Below the pieces are notes generated by a model that saw only the letters and a program-made list of their open reading frames with translations, was not told where the DNA came from and did no database searches. A DNA stretch of 51,210 nt, the filler included, from Trypethelium eluteriae (Eukaryota): the NCBI GenBank assembly GCA_051942245.1. It is 2 parts of 2 records of this genome, joined end to end, with 100 filler letters (N's around TTAATTAATTAA, not from the genome) between each part and the next. Parts side by side here need not be neighbours in the genome. Positions count along the whole stretch, not along the records: positions 25,664 to 51,210 come from JAVECL010000369.1; 1 more part is not named here. One strand, written 5' to 3'. Position numbers and translations under genes: made by a program. Below, in pieces: positions 25,564 to 38,204 of this stretch (position 1 is its first letter; the number at the start of each line of letters is the position of its first letter).

Positions 25564-25663
25564 NNNNNNNNNNNNNNNNNNNNNNNNNNNNNNNNNNNNN
25601 NNNNNNNTTAATTAATTAANNNNNNNNNNNNNNNNNNNNNNNNNNNNNNNNNNNNNNNNNNNN
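25564..25663. other. Artificial contig-joining spacer
   Basis: 44 N + TTAATTAATTAA (stops in all six frames) + 44 N = 100 nt. Confidence 0.97.
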
Positions 25664-26446
25664 CCCCCTCCCAGGTCGAGCTCAAATCCCGCTACAAATT
25701 CCGGCTCATCCTCGACGAAACCTGGTCGTACGGCGTCCTCGGCCGCACCGCGCGCGGCGTCACCGAGCACCAACACGTCGACCCGACGAGCGTCGACATG
25801 CTGATCGGGTCGCTGGCGGGCGGGCTGTGCGCAGGCGGCGGCTTCTGCGCGGGCAGCGCGGAGGTGATCGAGCACCAGCGGCTGTCGGCCGCGGCGTACA
25901 CGTTCAGCGCGGCGCTGCCCGCGATGCTCGCGACGACGGCCAGCGAGACGATTCGCTTGCTGCAGGATGAGCCGGGGTATCAGATGGGGTTGCGCGAGAA
26001 CGGGAGGGCGTTGCGCGCGCAGCTGGATCCGAGGAGTGAGTGGGTGGTGTGTACGAGTGTGGTGGAGAACCCGGTGTTGTTGCTGGTGTTGAAGAGGGAG
26101 GTGGTGCTGGCGAGGAGGCTGAGTGTTGTGGAGCAGGAGGGGTTATTGCAGGAGGTGGTGGATGAGGTATGTGCATGTCCTTTTTTTTTGGGTTATGAGG
26201 GAGGGCTTGATCGGTTTGAGAGGAGGGGCTAACGTGTGCGGCTTCTAGGCTCTTGCGAATGGCGTCTTGATTACGCGGTTGAAGTCTTTGCCTCTGCCGG
26301 TTGGAACGGGGCCGAGGGACCAGCAATGGCAGTTGCAGCCGGCGCTGAAAGTGTGCACGACGACGGGGCTTTCGAAGAAGGAGATTGAGAAGGCGGGTGT
26401 GGTGATTAGACATGCAGTGACCAAGGTCATGACTCGCAAGAGATGA
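25664..26446 (+). CDS. LCB1: Serine palmitoyltransferase subunit 1, 3' part only
   Basis: LKSRYKFRLILDETWSYGVLGRTARGVTE, DMLIGSLA (no PLP lysine, as in LCB1), GGFCAGS, HQRLSAAAYTFSAALP; one intron near 26167-26248; stop 26444-26446. Confidence 0.9.
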
Positions 26447-26907
26447 CAAAGGTCTTCCTTTTCAGCAATCTCCGGTAGAAAGCGTTCAATCTTATCTGTT
26501 GTAATAGTGTATTCCTATACATGACACTGGTTACATGCTAAGGAGGCTTAGTGGGGCGCAGGAAAATGCTGCGGTGCAGCAGCTGTATTTATTTACCAAG
26601 CATTGGTCGCTTGTACTTGATAGTGACTTTATAGCTTTGACAGTAGCATGAGGAGGTTGTTTAATAGACAAATGTCAGATATGACTAGGGTATCATTTAT
26701 AGTACTAAACATGAAGGCCTCCCGTTCGTCTACTGCTCCGATCTTCGCAATCGTGTGAGGATGTCAGTTGCAAAGACTTCATGTGGCTACACAAGCTAAG
26801 CTCATAGGCTGCAAGATTCTTCAATAATGGTAGCTCGTCGTTTCTGACAGCCCGACGCTTTTGCCTGCATAAGCTCGTGTTATCAAAAGTCAAACAGCAA
26901 AGTTCTT

Positions 26908-28376
26908 TCAGTCCTCAGATTTTGAAACTTTCTTCTCCGCCTTCTTGTCCGTCTTCTTCCGCTTCTTTGGTGCTTCCTCACCATCCCCCTTCTTCTTGGC
27001 TTTCTTGCCTGATTCCGGGGATTCCTTTGCTGAATTGCTGCCAGTTTTCTCCACTTTCTGCTTTTTCATTTCACCTGGCACTGAAACCGCCTCCTTTGAA
27101 GTGCCATCTGACTTGCCCCTTTCATCTTCACGCTTCGTCTTCTTCTTAGTCTTTTGCTGTGTTGCGTTACCGCCCTCACGCTTCCGCTTTTCCGGCTTTT
27201 TGAATTCTGGTGATTTGGGCTGGCGATCTCTGACCTGGGTCTGCATCGACTGGGAACTGTCTGTGCGATTTGGCTGCGCCTCGCCTTCCTCGACTTCTGA
27301 ATCAGAAGATCCTATGGTGCAAGATGTACCGGCGACGGCCGAAGGCATGTAGCCCATCTTCAATCCTTTTCTTTGTTTTGGGGGAGGCTTAGACCGCGGA
27401 AGGCGCATACAAGAGGCTGCACCAGTGCCTTTGAGTTCCATCTTCGGTGTGAATGAAGTATCTGCAACTTCGAGGAGCTGATGAATATGTACAGTCTCTG
27501 CCATACTGCTCTGGACTAGCCTCATACGTAAATAAACTCTCATATAAAGAAGGATCAAGCTTGGCTTACCTGCTTTCAGACTATCGCCTCGTTCACTAGG
27601 CACGAGAAGTCTCACGTCTTTAAATTCGGGCTCATTGCTAAGTCTTACCCCGTAGGATGTTCCTTTATGGTTCAGGACAGGCTGTCCGTTCATGGCTTTG
27701 TCAAAGGCAATCTCATGAATAGCACTCATTGGCACCTTCGCAGGCGCCGTGATATGCCATAATTGCTTTCCCTGCAGGTTGGAAGGGCTTAGGGGCCTCA
27801 GCGAAGGAGTAGATGATATCTTTGGTGGCTTTACAGGTTCAAACCCCTTTGGAGGCTGGAATCTTGGGGCTCGATTAGACGTGCTCTCCTGATCCTGATG
27901 TGGTACTTTTCTCCTAATAAGAAACTTGAGTATTTGTAAACAAAAAGATTGGTAGATATTGGTGAAACGAACTTGACGCCTTGCTGCGACTTGTTGCGAT
28001 CATCATTCTGGCTTCCAGCTTCCTTCTGATGGTTACTTTGCCGGGACTGCTGATCTGCTGCGGGTTGACTTGGCACGATCTGGTCATCTTCTCCTTTGGC
28101 GGAGCTACTCCCTTCACTATCGTCCTTTGCCGAAGGAGGAGTAGGGTCGGTGACTTCATTCTTCTGGGTTTTCTGGCTTTGAGCCCCTTCGTCTCCGGCA
28201 TTTTCGTGGGGGTTTGCATTGGCAGCCTCGGAGTTATCGTCACTGTCGGAAATGATCTCTTTGCTTAACGGCTCCGTCTTTTGTGCTGTTTCCGACGACT
28301 TGTAAAGCTTTCTGCGAGCCTTCTTAGGCTTTGCCTTAGCTGAGGGGCTACCATCCTCATTGGAGTCTTTTGCCAT
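26908..28376 (-). CDS. RPA34: RNA polymerase I subunit RPA34.5-like
   Basis: LSKEIISDSDD, PPKGF, GKQLWHITAPAKVP, PPPKQRKGLKMGYMP and a Lys-rich C-terminal tail; two introns. Confidence 0.78.
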
Positions 28377-28613
28377 ATTGCCGAAGTCTAGATATTCGTT
28401 TTTGAGACCTCTTCATGTTCCTGATCCTGGAAATTGCGTCAGACGCGGCGAGATTCGGTACTAAAAAAAAGTTCCGGGCGGTGGCAGAAAAACTACATCG
28501 TACTTTACCTAAACTTTTACCACCAAAGCTCCCATCTTTGCGGAGTACCTCTACAATCGTCCCATGGCCCGATCTCGAGCACATTACCACTTGAGGGAGA
28601 TTGATTTGCGGAG

Positions 28614-30873
28614 ATGGTACCGAAGAGGGAGGCGGAGGAGCCTTTGAATCGAAGCCATGTTCGTATTACACCTCGGCCTATCCAAGACGGGAAATTTACA
28701 CCGCATCTATCTAGAGCGCATTTGCCGTTGCACGTTCGAAGAGAGAGCGGCTCACTAGCATCCCGGTCGAGACCTTGAGTCCAAAGCCCTTAACTGCTTC
28801 TTACGACGAAAATGAAGACTTTCAGGCTTTCAATGTTCCTCGCCATGGAGAGCCTGATCGCAATACCCCAAGTGAATCTGAGATAGAGGTAGAAGCCGGG
28901 GCACAGCCCACTACACCTTTATCTCTATCTACTTGGCACCCGGACCTTCGCAATATTGTCAATTCTGGTGATGATGCTGAGCTGTCCATGTGCAAAGGGG
29001 ACACAATCGCGATACTAGGCCAATATGGCTTACAAGTGAAATTAGGTACAGTTGAAGTGTATGGTGCCGTTCTGAAACAAAGCGCGAGCACCTATGTTGT
29101 CTCTGCTCCAACGACACATGCACTTCCCTGTATCTTGTGCTCTAGTAGCATGGCCAGGATTTTGGTGAAATCTCGTCCACAACAGCTACGCAAGCTGGGG
29201 ACATTATCACCATTATTTCATCGTATATGGAACCATGGCGGGTTCAAAACGGAAACAGCGGAAATAGGTGGTCCCTATAGTAGTTTCTGCTTTGTACGTT
29301 ACCGGCGTTTTACCTTTTCTCAACTGGAGCTTACCTTCCGCAGATACCGTCTACGACCAGTGATCCGTTGAAAAGGAGCATATTCCCATTACTTAGCAAT
29401 CAGCCGCGAGACGAGGCTATTGACAAACTATGCAGCATGGGAAATGGGCGCGTGCCTACCATACTGATTTGTGGTTCTCAAGCGACTGGAAAATCAACCC
29501 TTGGTCGTCTAGTATCAAATCGTCTGGTCACTACGGAAATGAACTTCTCCAGACTCACCCCACACAGAACCACGTTCTTACTTGATTTAGATCCCGGCCA
29601 AGCAGAATTTTCACCTCCAGGTCAAATATCTCTTACCCAAATTCGAAGACCTTTGCTGGGCCCATCTTTCACGCATCCTTGTACTGGTACAAATTCGTCA
29701 GCACGTCTGATACGTGCGCATGCTTTAGCCGCCTTGTCGCCGAAGGTGAATCCTGTACACTTCCTAGACGCTGCCAGTCAACTCATGCACGAATATCATT
29801 GCGCTCTTGGACAGTATCCTGGCACGCCGCTGGTAATTAATTGTCCCGGTTGGATCACAGGTTCCGGTCTGGAGATTCTCATGCAATTCATCCGGAAATG
29901 GTCGCCCTCAGATATTGTCTACCTGTCCAATGGCAATCGTGACGACTCTCAGATCCGAGCTGCATTGGAACAAGCAGCCGGTAACAGTTTAACTCATTTT
30001 CTGCGAGAGCCGATATACAAATCTCCTTCGAAGACTTCGGCGCAATTACGAGCGATGCAGACCATGTCCTACTTCCACAGCGATGGCATAGATGATACGG
30101 GTAACATCGAATGGAACGCGGTGCCTATCACGTCAACGAAGCCGTGGATGGTCTCCTATGGCGAAGAAGCTCCCGGTATTCGTGGTATCATGTTATATGG
30201 CGAGACTGTACCACCCGAATGTCTGAAGGTGATACTCGAAGGCTGCCTGGTCTCAATCGTGTCAGTAGAGGACGAGTCCGTTTTTTCGAGTCTCCGATCC
30301 GTCCGTACTGGAGAGGCTGGTCTCGAGCCTGATGTGATCAATGATGACGCGCGATTCAATGTAGGTTCGAACAACCATCTAGCCTATCGGAGCTCGAAAT
30401 CTTCAGAAGATTCGCCATGGCCTCGGGTCAAACGTACACCTGATGAGGGTTTACCGTATATTTTGACCAGCCACGAGGGCGAGAACATGCCGCTTGATCC
30501 ATGGAAGTCTCAGACTCTTGGTCAGGCAATAGTCCAGGCTATCGACGTTCCTAATCAGACACTACACCTGATCACCCCTCTTTCTGAAGTCACGATTCAG
30601 AACTTGCAGAGTAGCTTCGAGGCTGGAAAGTCGAGCATTGTGCTTGTGCGCGGACGATGGGATACTCCAGCCTGGGCCTATACAGAAGAACTGTGGCGTG
30701 CCAACTACCGCAGCTCAAGGGACCTTAACAAGTCTGTCTCTACAGATCGAGATGGGTCGGATGAGGGCGGATCTCCAGAGCTGGACGATTATGCCATAGC
30801 GAATGACGCAGGTGAGCAATGGGACGACCTGGAGATACCTTTTGTAGATTTTGAAGCGTCCGGGAACCAGTAG
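28614..30873 (+). CDS. GRC3: Polynucleotide 5'-hydroxyl kinase Grc3/Nol9
   Basis: ICGSQATGKST (P-loop), LDLDPGQAEFSPPG, PLVINCPGW, LRAMQTMSYFH, IVLVRGRWDTPAWAY; two introns; start inferred at 28614. Confidence 0.88.
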
Positions 30874-31632
30874 TAGCAGAAGGGGTAGGAGGGGGGAGGG
30901 CGAGGCATCAAGCGCAAAACCTGGCGCAGGGACAGATGCATCAACATGATAAGTGAAATTAACACCGGAGAATCAAGATCTTCAGGGAACTCCGAAGTCG
31001 TAGGAACTCGAGCTGGAGCGAGCGGGCTCGAAATCATCTAAGATACAGTACATTTGATGGTACAAGAAGATCTCAAAATCTTCCGTCCTGGTCTCATGCA
31101 TTCGCGATCCAACAGGCTTTCTAATAAGCAATGTCCAAGCAGTCCTCCATCTGGTTGGCAGCATTCACAGTTGTTTTCGACAGAAATGCTGGAGCGTACA
31201 TGTTGCAGATTGCAGCCATTTGCTAGAGAAGTAGCAAGTCATGCGCCTACGGACTCGGCATGACAATCAACGGTCGGCTTCTGAATGCACACGAGGTTTA
31301 TCGACAACCTGCACGAAGAGTAGGCCCATCATAGACTGTGACTGCTTGACCAGGTAGGCAGTGGTGCAGGTCAAGGACTGACGACGCCGATGAAGGAGAC
31401 AAGAATCGTCCTGGGAACACAATATAGAGCGGAGACACTAGGAAGCCTGGACAGTAGAATATTGAAGGGGAGATATCTACACTTAGTTTCCAATGCTAGT
31501 TTTATCACTAGAACAAGATAATCACAGTAAGATCTTGGATAGCTGAGTGTGTGTATTCCGTGAAACAACATCACAAGAAGAGATGAAAGGAGCAAATATA
31601 TATTGATACAATCAGATATGAAGGACTCATTA

Positions 31633-31729
31633 GGCAGCGTGACCGAGTGGTTAAGGTGACAGACTTGAATTTCTCATTCTATGATATCTGTTGTGTTCGC
31701 ACGCGTCGGTTCAAATCCGGCCGCTGTCG
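31633..31729 (+). tRNA. tRNA-Ser(UGA) with 16-nt intron
   Basis: Acceptor GGCAGCG/CGCTGTC + G73; D-loop AGTGGTTAA; anticodon stem ACAGA/TCTGT with TGA at 31666-31668; intron 31670-31685; long variable arm GTG-TTCG-CAC; GGTTCAAATCC. Confidence 0.95.
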
Positions 31730-31738
31730 ACGTTAATC

Positions 31739-31765
31739 GTTTTCTATTTTTTTTATTTTATTTTT
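31739..31765 (+). terminator. Pol III oligo-T terminator of the tRNA
   Basis: T runs (gttttc, tattttttttatttattttt) starting about 10 nt after the tRNA. Confidence 0.75.
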
Positions 31766-33028
31766 GACCTGATTGAATTTACGTATTTCGACGCTAAGAT
31801 GGCGTAATGTGGGAGATTGTATAACATAGGGTCTTTGGGAACGAGTTAGCTATTGAGAATTGGGCGGTTGAAGCTGGCCGGTATTATGAACTCCACATTT
31901 TCAGGGGCCAGTGAACTGAAATCGAACAACTTACCGTTCGACAAATATACACAAATATACGGCCAAATTTAAAAAAGATCTATATACCAATAAGTGGGAT
32001 TCTATAGCAGACATAAAGATCGGCAGGATCATAAGGAAATTCTGGGTACCCTTGAACTCTCCAATATCCTTTAGCCTTGCAGTAATGGATACCAGGCCTT
32101 CAAGAACAAGGTAAGAAATGCTCCACCATCTTTTTTCGAATTCTGAATATTGGTTGTCATAAGGGTGCAATGATGGGTGTATTTTCGAGGCTACAACACA
32201 ATGCAATGTAGGAGACACTAGATAAATACGGGGCTATTCACTATCGTATGCATTGTATTTCTTCCTTTAGATGGTTGGGTCAGTCGATGTGCGTATGGCT
32301 TTCCCAAACTTTTAATCTCCGGGTCTTTTGGAAACATGATATCAGTATATAATGGAAGAGGCACTAACCCAACACTCATCGTCGACCAATCAGAAGATCA
32401 GCGTCTTCATCCAAAGCTGAGCTCTATGCACCGACTTAAAACAGATGTATAGTGATTAAAAAGAAGACGAAAAAGAGGGAATGATATGAAAACGGAATAG
32501 TGGAAGGGATGGTAAATTGTGTCGTCTATCCTTTTGTTCCCAACATAGTAGAAGTTTTGTGCTTACATTCTTATGGGAACAAGAAAGCTTGCTAAGAAAA
32601 GACAGGGGGAAAAAAGTAAAAAGAAAAAAAGCAAGCGGGGGGCACTCTTCTTCGCACCTCCGAATTAGTAGGAAACTGATATGTCCACATATCGTGGATG
32701 GCTAGAATTATTAAAAAAAAACCATTTCTGAACTTGAATTAGTTCTTTAGGTGATGGCCTCGGACATAGCTTTCGAGAAGATAGAGTACTTGTCCTGCCC
32801 AGACGTCGAGCGTTGAGGGATACTCGTAAATACAACATTCAGGTCAAGATTAACCTTGCCTTAAAAACGTTGCTAAGCAACAAAGATCCCGTGTTAGTTG
32901 ATTTAGCACGAGAACCGCGTAAGTCATCTTGTATTTACGCCAATTGATACCACTCTATTGATACTGACGTAGGGATCCGTGTTGCCTTCAAATGTGATCC
33001 CAATGCAGTGAGAGAAACAAAGTTCTGA

Positions 33029-35150
33029 TCAGTCATCCTCAATAATGAGAACCTCCATTTCCTTGGCCAATCCATCGAATTTCGTCTCTGTACTCTTATC
33101 GATTTTTCCATCTCCATCAGTGCGAGCAGCCTTCGATTCTCTGTACATCCTCCCGATGATCTCCATGATCTCGCCGTGTTTAATGGCGGGGTTCTTTTGC
33201 TTCACGTCTTTGAACACTTTTTTGACAAACTCCTGATATTCGCTTGGACCCTTCGTACCCCTCGGAACAGGCTTGATCTGAATTAGCTTCGCTCTACAGG
33301 ATCCGCACGCGTGACGCGAGATATCGATAGATTTCGAATGCCGCTTATATTCATTGCCGCATGATGTGCATGCCCAGACATACTTGTAGTCGATGACGTA
33401 GGAATGCTTGGTAGTGACTTCGATATTGCGGTGCGCGAAGGCAAGAGTGCATTTGCGGGCCCTGTTTGATTAGTGGAACAGCCTCTTGGCTCGCTTGATG
33501 CTCACTTACCAGGCTTTGAACTCTTTGCCATGAGGGTTGTCGCGGATACCGCTGATCATGAAGCAGGCGAGATGACAATATTCATGTGCAATCACATTTA
33601 TTAAACGTTCTAATGGTGTCAATATGGCAGTGAACATGTTTATGGTGGAGATCAAAAGTAGACTGACCTTCGCAATCAATTACTTTTTCCGCCAATTCAA
33701 TTCTAGCTTCATGCCGAAATTTGATCTCTTCTTTCTCTTCTCTGATGATAGGGTCTTTTCGTCGGCCTTCCCTCTTCCAATGTGCTCTGCCAGCTGTCGA
33801 GTTTAGTTTCCTATTCCACTCCAACCTGACTCCAGATCCATCATTCGCCATCTGTCCAATCTTTCCATCGGTAATCTTGTCATCCAGCTCTTTCAGAAAC
33901 TTGCTAGCTATACCGTGTTTCTCGGACTCAAACGTCTTTCGGTCTCCCGCGGCTCGCTTTTCGACATCTGTCTTCTTCGGACTTCTGATTCGATTCTTCT
34001 TAGGTGAAGACGTCGGTAGATTTAGATAACTTTCATCACCATCATCCGCCGATATCTCACGCAAGGTATCAAAGAAGCGAGACTTAGAGGGCGAATGGAG
34101 GATTTTACGCGGCGAATGCTGCTCGGTCCATTCATTGACCATCTCCTGGTCCCAGAACGAGTCGAGACTGGGCCTATGGGGAGGCGCTGACATATGGGCC
34201 TGTCTCTTGCTTGGAGAGGTTAGAGGATTCTTCGCAGGACTGCATAATGGTGGCGTGCATGGTCTTTGACATGGCGGGGTTGAAGGGCGATGAGATTTTT
34301 GTGTCTTCCGAGGAGAAGGTGCATGCGGCGGTGAGCTACGAATGAGTCAATATTTCCACCTGTTGAACTTTTGACGAGGGTTTTACAATTTTAGGAACGC
34401 GTCAATATTCACATCTGCAGCGGTTTCAGAGTGGATCTCGGAAGAGTCCAGACGTGGAGTACGTTTGGTTTTGTTCTGTCCCCTCGGAGGAGGCGAGGTA
34501 TCTTCTAACGGGTGGCTCTGTTTCCGAATTGCAATGGAATGAGCTTCTTGGCAATTCCGCGACACTATTGGCTCTCTCTGCCGTACAATTTTCCTGACCG
34601 GTACCGGCGAACCGAAGACATCGTCACTGTTTTCGATGATTCCGGTTTTCCATTCATCATCTGAGTAAGTACTTGACTCATTGATAAAGTCTTCATCAGT
34701 TCCCTGGACGCTTGTGGGTGAGAGTTGCGGATCATTGTAGCTAATATTCTTCTTGGCCGATCGGCTGGGTGTCATTCTCGCAGCAGAAGGAAAGCAATTC
34801 CTTCGCGACTTCAGTTCTGTAGCTTTGACTTGTGGAACCTTGAGTGGCGCATGGTGAATGAGAGGTTGAGAAAGTCCCGATTGAGCTTTGCACTCTAAAC
34901 GATCTATCCTCGTGACAAGATCTCTTAAATCGTTTTCACGCCCTGCTGGAAACGAGTCTCGATAGTAATCTCTCTGCATCAAACCCGAACATTCATCACC
35001 CTTTGAGGGCTTCCGATTTTTTGCTCTGCTGGCGCAAGTCTTCGTACGCGTAGGTGGTTGGGATTGTGGCCATGCCTTTTGAGCATGTTGATTGATAATG
35101 TCTTGTAGATCCGGTAGCTCCTCATCACTCTCTTCGTGCAGTCTTGCCAT
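33029..35150 (-). CDS. SprT-family metalloprotease with Zn ribbon and C-terminal HMG-box-like domain (GCNA-like)
   Basis: Long disordered N-terminus; WNRKLNSTAGRAHW, IELAEKVID, NVIAHEYCHLA (HExxH), PHGKEFKAW, YVWACTSC..YKRHSKSID..CGSC, SEYQEFVK. Confidence 0.87.
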
Positions 35151-37295
35151 TGTCCTGTTAGCAATCTTTTGAGCTTAAAAAATAATTGAAGTAGTAGAAA
35201 GCGAGTTGCGTCCAAGCAGTGCCATATTCCACGTGGGGTGGTTGACCGTGGTGCTGCGCGAGTGGTTGCCATAGCAACGTCGGAGTACTGAGTGAAGCTC
35301 CGAAACGGAGTATGTAACCGACCACCACTCCCAACACTGGTATTTTACCTAAGGTCTTGTAAATGGTAATGTGGTAAAGGCATCATATGCAGAGCTCTAC
35401 GAGCAAATCGGCAAGCAGCGTTGATGTCTTAGAATAACCAGAAGTACGGCAGTACCCCGTGTGCCTTTCGAACTCAATCGATCATATTGTCGAGGCTGCG
35501 GCTCCAACCGCCGAAACCTTCTTGCTTGTATTGAATACATCACGTCTTCATCAGCTAAATCAATTGATATAAGTTTCGCTGGAGTTGTCGGTATGACCGA
35601 TGTCGCAGTCGTCAGACACAGTTAAGTAGTTCTCATGTCTGCTGCTTGTGACTGGACCGAAGACTGAGATCATGGAACGACTTCCCACGGTCAAATCCTC
35701 CAACCAAGACAGTGAACAGATGAGAGCGAGGGCAATAGATCGAGCTAAGGTAAAAGAAGGGGCGACGGGTTACCAGCTTCGTCCATCTTCCTCAGAAGTT
35801 GTTGTACCCAAGTTCGACCCCAACCCTTGGGGAGGCTATGCAACACCACGGAATGCTCCAAACTAATACCGAGCTGAGCCCAGCGATTCGGCTGAAGGTA
35901 GCTGTGTTCTTGCTTTTTGCTAGGATGGCATTGTGACCGGAGTCGGCCGAGGGGCTTTATTCTCCAGTTGCAAACGCTGTCACTACCGCCCGGTCATCCG
36001 TAATCGGCATTCATTGGTGTATTATTGCTGCGGGTGAAGCGCAAGGGTCTAACGTTAATGCTCAACGAGCAATGCCGATCAAAGTTCCGTTGTCGATCCG
36101 GACAAAAATGGACGCGATGTAGTGGATCGGTACCTATCCTTTACCGCGACCTCGGATCTGACTGATTGCTGCAAAGGGTTAAGAGCGAGTTGGCCACGGC
36201 GGTGACCTTAGGGCATGTATCATACACTACCAGGGTGCTGTGGCAGGGTAATTTAGCGGCTCCAGCCACGCATCATCACGGCTGTAGAAATGTCCAAATC
36301 TCCGGCTCGTAAGCAGCACTCAAATTGTCTGCGCTTACGGATGAAAATTACCCCGCAATCGAGGTGAGAGAGGGAGGAAGATCTAGGCAATAATGCAAGA
36401 GTGCGATGGAAATGAGCTGACGGATGGGATTTTCAAATGAGATGTGACTTGACAGATCTCTCTTGCCGGGATCTGGTCTTGAACGAGGATATTTTAAGAT
36501 TGATTTTCGGAGTATCCGCGCCACGAATTTGTCTTCATTACAAACCGTTGCTTGTGAGCCTACTCCTTAGTTTGCATCGCAACGATAGCCTACCTTAGAG
36601 AACCCCGTACATACCTTCATGACGCGAGGCGTGTTCTCTACTCCGTACGTGGTCTGATTTGCAGTCTAGTTACAGCGGAAGCGTCCAAGTCTCCGAGATC
36701 CTCATGCACAATTCTGCTCCAATACCCCCACTGGCATCCTTGACACGCATAAGGAGATCCGACAAGGTTAGCGTGGCTCTAGGCTCTGCTAGAAGCAAGC
36801 CCACCGTTTGAATTGTCCAGTCGGCCCCAGGCGCTTCAAAGGCTTCCTGTGGAGTAGTCGGTGAGACTTTCCATTGCAATAATGGGACGGAATATGATGT
36901 CGTGCCCCTGAACTGCACATACGCCAACGATGCACAGTTGAATAGCACCATGACCTGCGAAATTGCTGCCTGCAAAGATGACGTGCCATATTCAACGCCC
37001 CCGCTCAACTTCGAGCAATGACTCTTCCTGGAAGAGTGCCGGTCAGCAGCTGGACTGCTAATCAAATTCCCCAAGGCTGAAAAGAGCATGGAGACCCATG
37101 TCGCATCGAAGCTAAATGCCATCATGACGGCGATCAGCTGAATTTGCAGGCAAGCAGCAGACAACCGAATTACCAGTGCCAGGAAAGTGCTTGGCAGGGA
37201 CTCTGGAATTTCGGCTGCTGGTCTCCACTGCAATCCTGAAATGCAGACAGAGGACACTGTGCCATGTCCTACAGATCTGTGAGAATGAGATCTGT

Positions 37296-38204
37296 TCATC
37301 GAGCACCTTTCTTGTGAATTCTTCTGACGTGGTCCTTCTATGAGCGTTGTTAGCATTAGACTTCCAAAGTAGATCTTACTTCGAATTGACTCACCATATT
37401 GTCGACTCTGCTGAAGACGCGCTCACAACCCGCCCATTCGCAAAGGATTCCGGGATTATGTTTGGCCTCATGCCTTGCTCGGTCCTTTTTGCTGGAGAAC
37501 CCGCCCTCTTTCGCCTGTGGACATCCTTCATGGCGACAAAACAGCGATTTCGTATGACGCTTGTAATGCTTTCGAAGATCGCAACCACGCGTGAAAGTTG
37601 CTCTAGAGCTACAACCAGGAAATGCGCATGACCATGTGCCATCCACGTTGAGATATCCATAACCGGAGAGATCTGTTATGGATGGTGAGCCTCCTCGCGA
37701 AAAGTCTGAGTGAGAAGCTGGTCGAGAGGCATCTGTGGCGAATGCACCCGTCGAATTAAACGAAGCTGATCGTGACTGACGCACTGCCTGAGAATCCGAC
37801 GCTGGAGCCAGAGACGAAGGCGGAGAGTGACGTCGAGGATACATATAAGCCTCTGAAAGCTCCGAAAAGGTTCCGGGATATGTTTGACTCAAACCAGGCA
37901 GCGTACAGACTGGAGGTACATAATATGAGCTTGATGATGGTATTAGCATGCTGTCTCCACTACCATTCCGATGATGCCCGTGCGGATACCGCTGGGCTTG
38001 ATACGGCCGATGTGACTGCGATGGCATAGAGTGATCCAGGAAGATTGGGAAGTCGTTCATCTGTGGTGGTTGTGATACGTGAACGGAATGGAAACTATAT
38101 GGACTGGAGGGTATCGCCGGTCCTCCAGTGGGTATCCACCTGTTATAGTTGTGTTGTTCTTCCATCACAGATTTGTCCCTCTGAGCGGTTGGGAATCTTG
38201 ACAT
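37296..38204 (-). CDS. C2H2 zinc-finger transcription factor (three C-terminal fingers), 2 exons
   Basis: CAFPGC...DLRKHYKRH, CRHEGC...DRARHEAKH, CEWAGCERVFSRVDNM|KDHVRRIH; an intron splits the last finger; stop at 37296. Confidence 0.9.

Noticed and set aside
25608..25619. Perfect palindrome TTAATTAATTAA
   Set aside because: Synthetic linker embedded in N runs, not biological.
25664..26446. Horizontal transfer or contaminant explanation for the GC-rich LCB1 and apsB segments
   Set aside because: Both are ordinary fungal genes with spliceosomal introns, and composition changes gradually within continuous reading frames.
30871..31041. Readthrough or A-to-I editing extension of GRC3 past TAG TAG
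   Set aside because: Three in-frame TAG stops within six codons; the kinase domains are already complete.
35648..35866. 72-aa plus-strand ORF
   Set aside because: Short, no recognisable motif or supporting exon structure.
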